A stretch of DNA of 24,000 nt from Aeromonas phage SD04, in the sequence record MH230177.1. One strand, written 5' to 3'. Shown piece after piece: positions 23,895 through 24,000 of the stretch. A program made the position numbers and the translations under genes. Position 1 is the stretch's first letter; every line of letters begins with the position of its first letter. Under the pieces are notes generated by a model, which was given only the letters and a program-made list of their open reading frames with translations, was not told the origin of the DNA and searched no databases.

Positions 23895-24000
23895 GGGATG
23901 GTGAAAAGGTTGTTAACTATTTCGGGACTCAGGTTATAGTACCTGCCTGGGTTAATTGGCTCGCGGTTGATAAATGTGAAGAGCTCTATGCTTACGAAAA
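23885..24000 (+). CDS. Hypothetical protein truncated by the right window edge
   Basis: MRVGDGEKVVNYFGTQVIVPAWVNWLAVDKCEELYAYEK... open to the edge; overlaps the preceding stop. Confidence 0.55.
   Translation, partial: MRVGDGEKVVNYFGTQVIVPAWVNWLAVDKCEELYAYE

Overview
The window is a segment of a double-stranded DNA bacteriophage genome, most likely an enterobacterial siphovirus of the 7-deazaguanine-modifying type (inference). Almost all genes lie on the minus strand. (1) Positions ~1-4256 carry a 7-deazaguanine (preQ0) pathway: folE (runs off the left edge), queD, a VUT/YhhQ-like queuosine-precursor transporter, queC and queE, interspersed with small unknown ORFs that include a tandem paralogous pair. 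No DpdA-type transglycosylase is visible here. (2) Positions ~5257-19439 carry a replication/recombination/nucleotide module: SF2 helicase, Cas4/RecB-like PD-(D/E)XK nuclease, DUF669-like protein with a Q/A/P-rich tail, Sak4-like RecA-fold ATPase, ATP-dependent DNA ligase, RNase HI-like protein, dUTPase, Hjc-like nuclease, primase-polymerase/DUF3987-type helicase and a small HTH protein. (3) The rest is accessory: small unknown genes and a rightward early-like region from ~22185. The strongest non-coding signals, all read by eye, are: (a) a dispersed octamer TGTGGTTA (>=16 copies, 8 extended to TGTGGTTAAG), present in several reading frames and in intergenic DNA; (b) a ~9-bp-periodic GTTMA array at 14.62-14.79 kb beside a hairpin whose loop region is an exact Shine-Dalgarno / anti-Shine-Dalgarno sequence; (c) a cluster of nine ATAGTG/CACTAT hexamers next to an AT-rich non-coding stretch at 19.54-19.95 kb (origin or regulatory candidate); (d) an isolated rightward acidic gene with its own promoter; (e) a possible promoter-proximal terminator/attenuator ahead of the queE-queC-queD-folE operon. 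No database search was possible, so family calls are based on recognised motifs.
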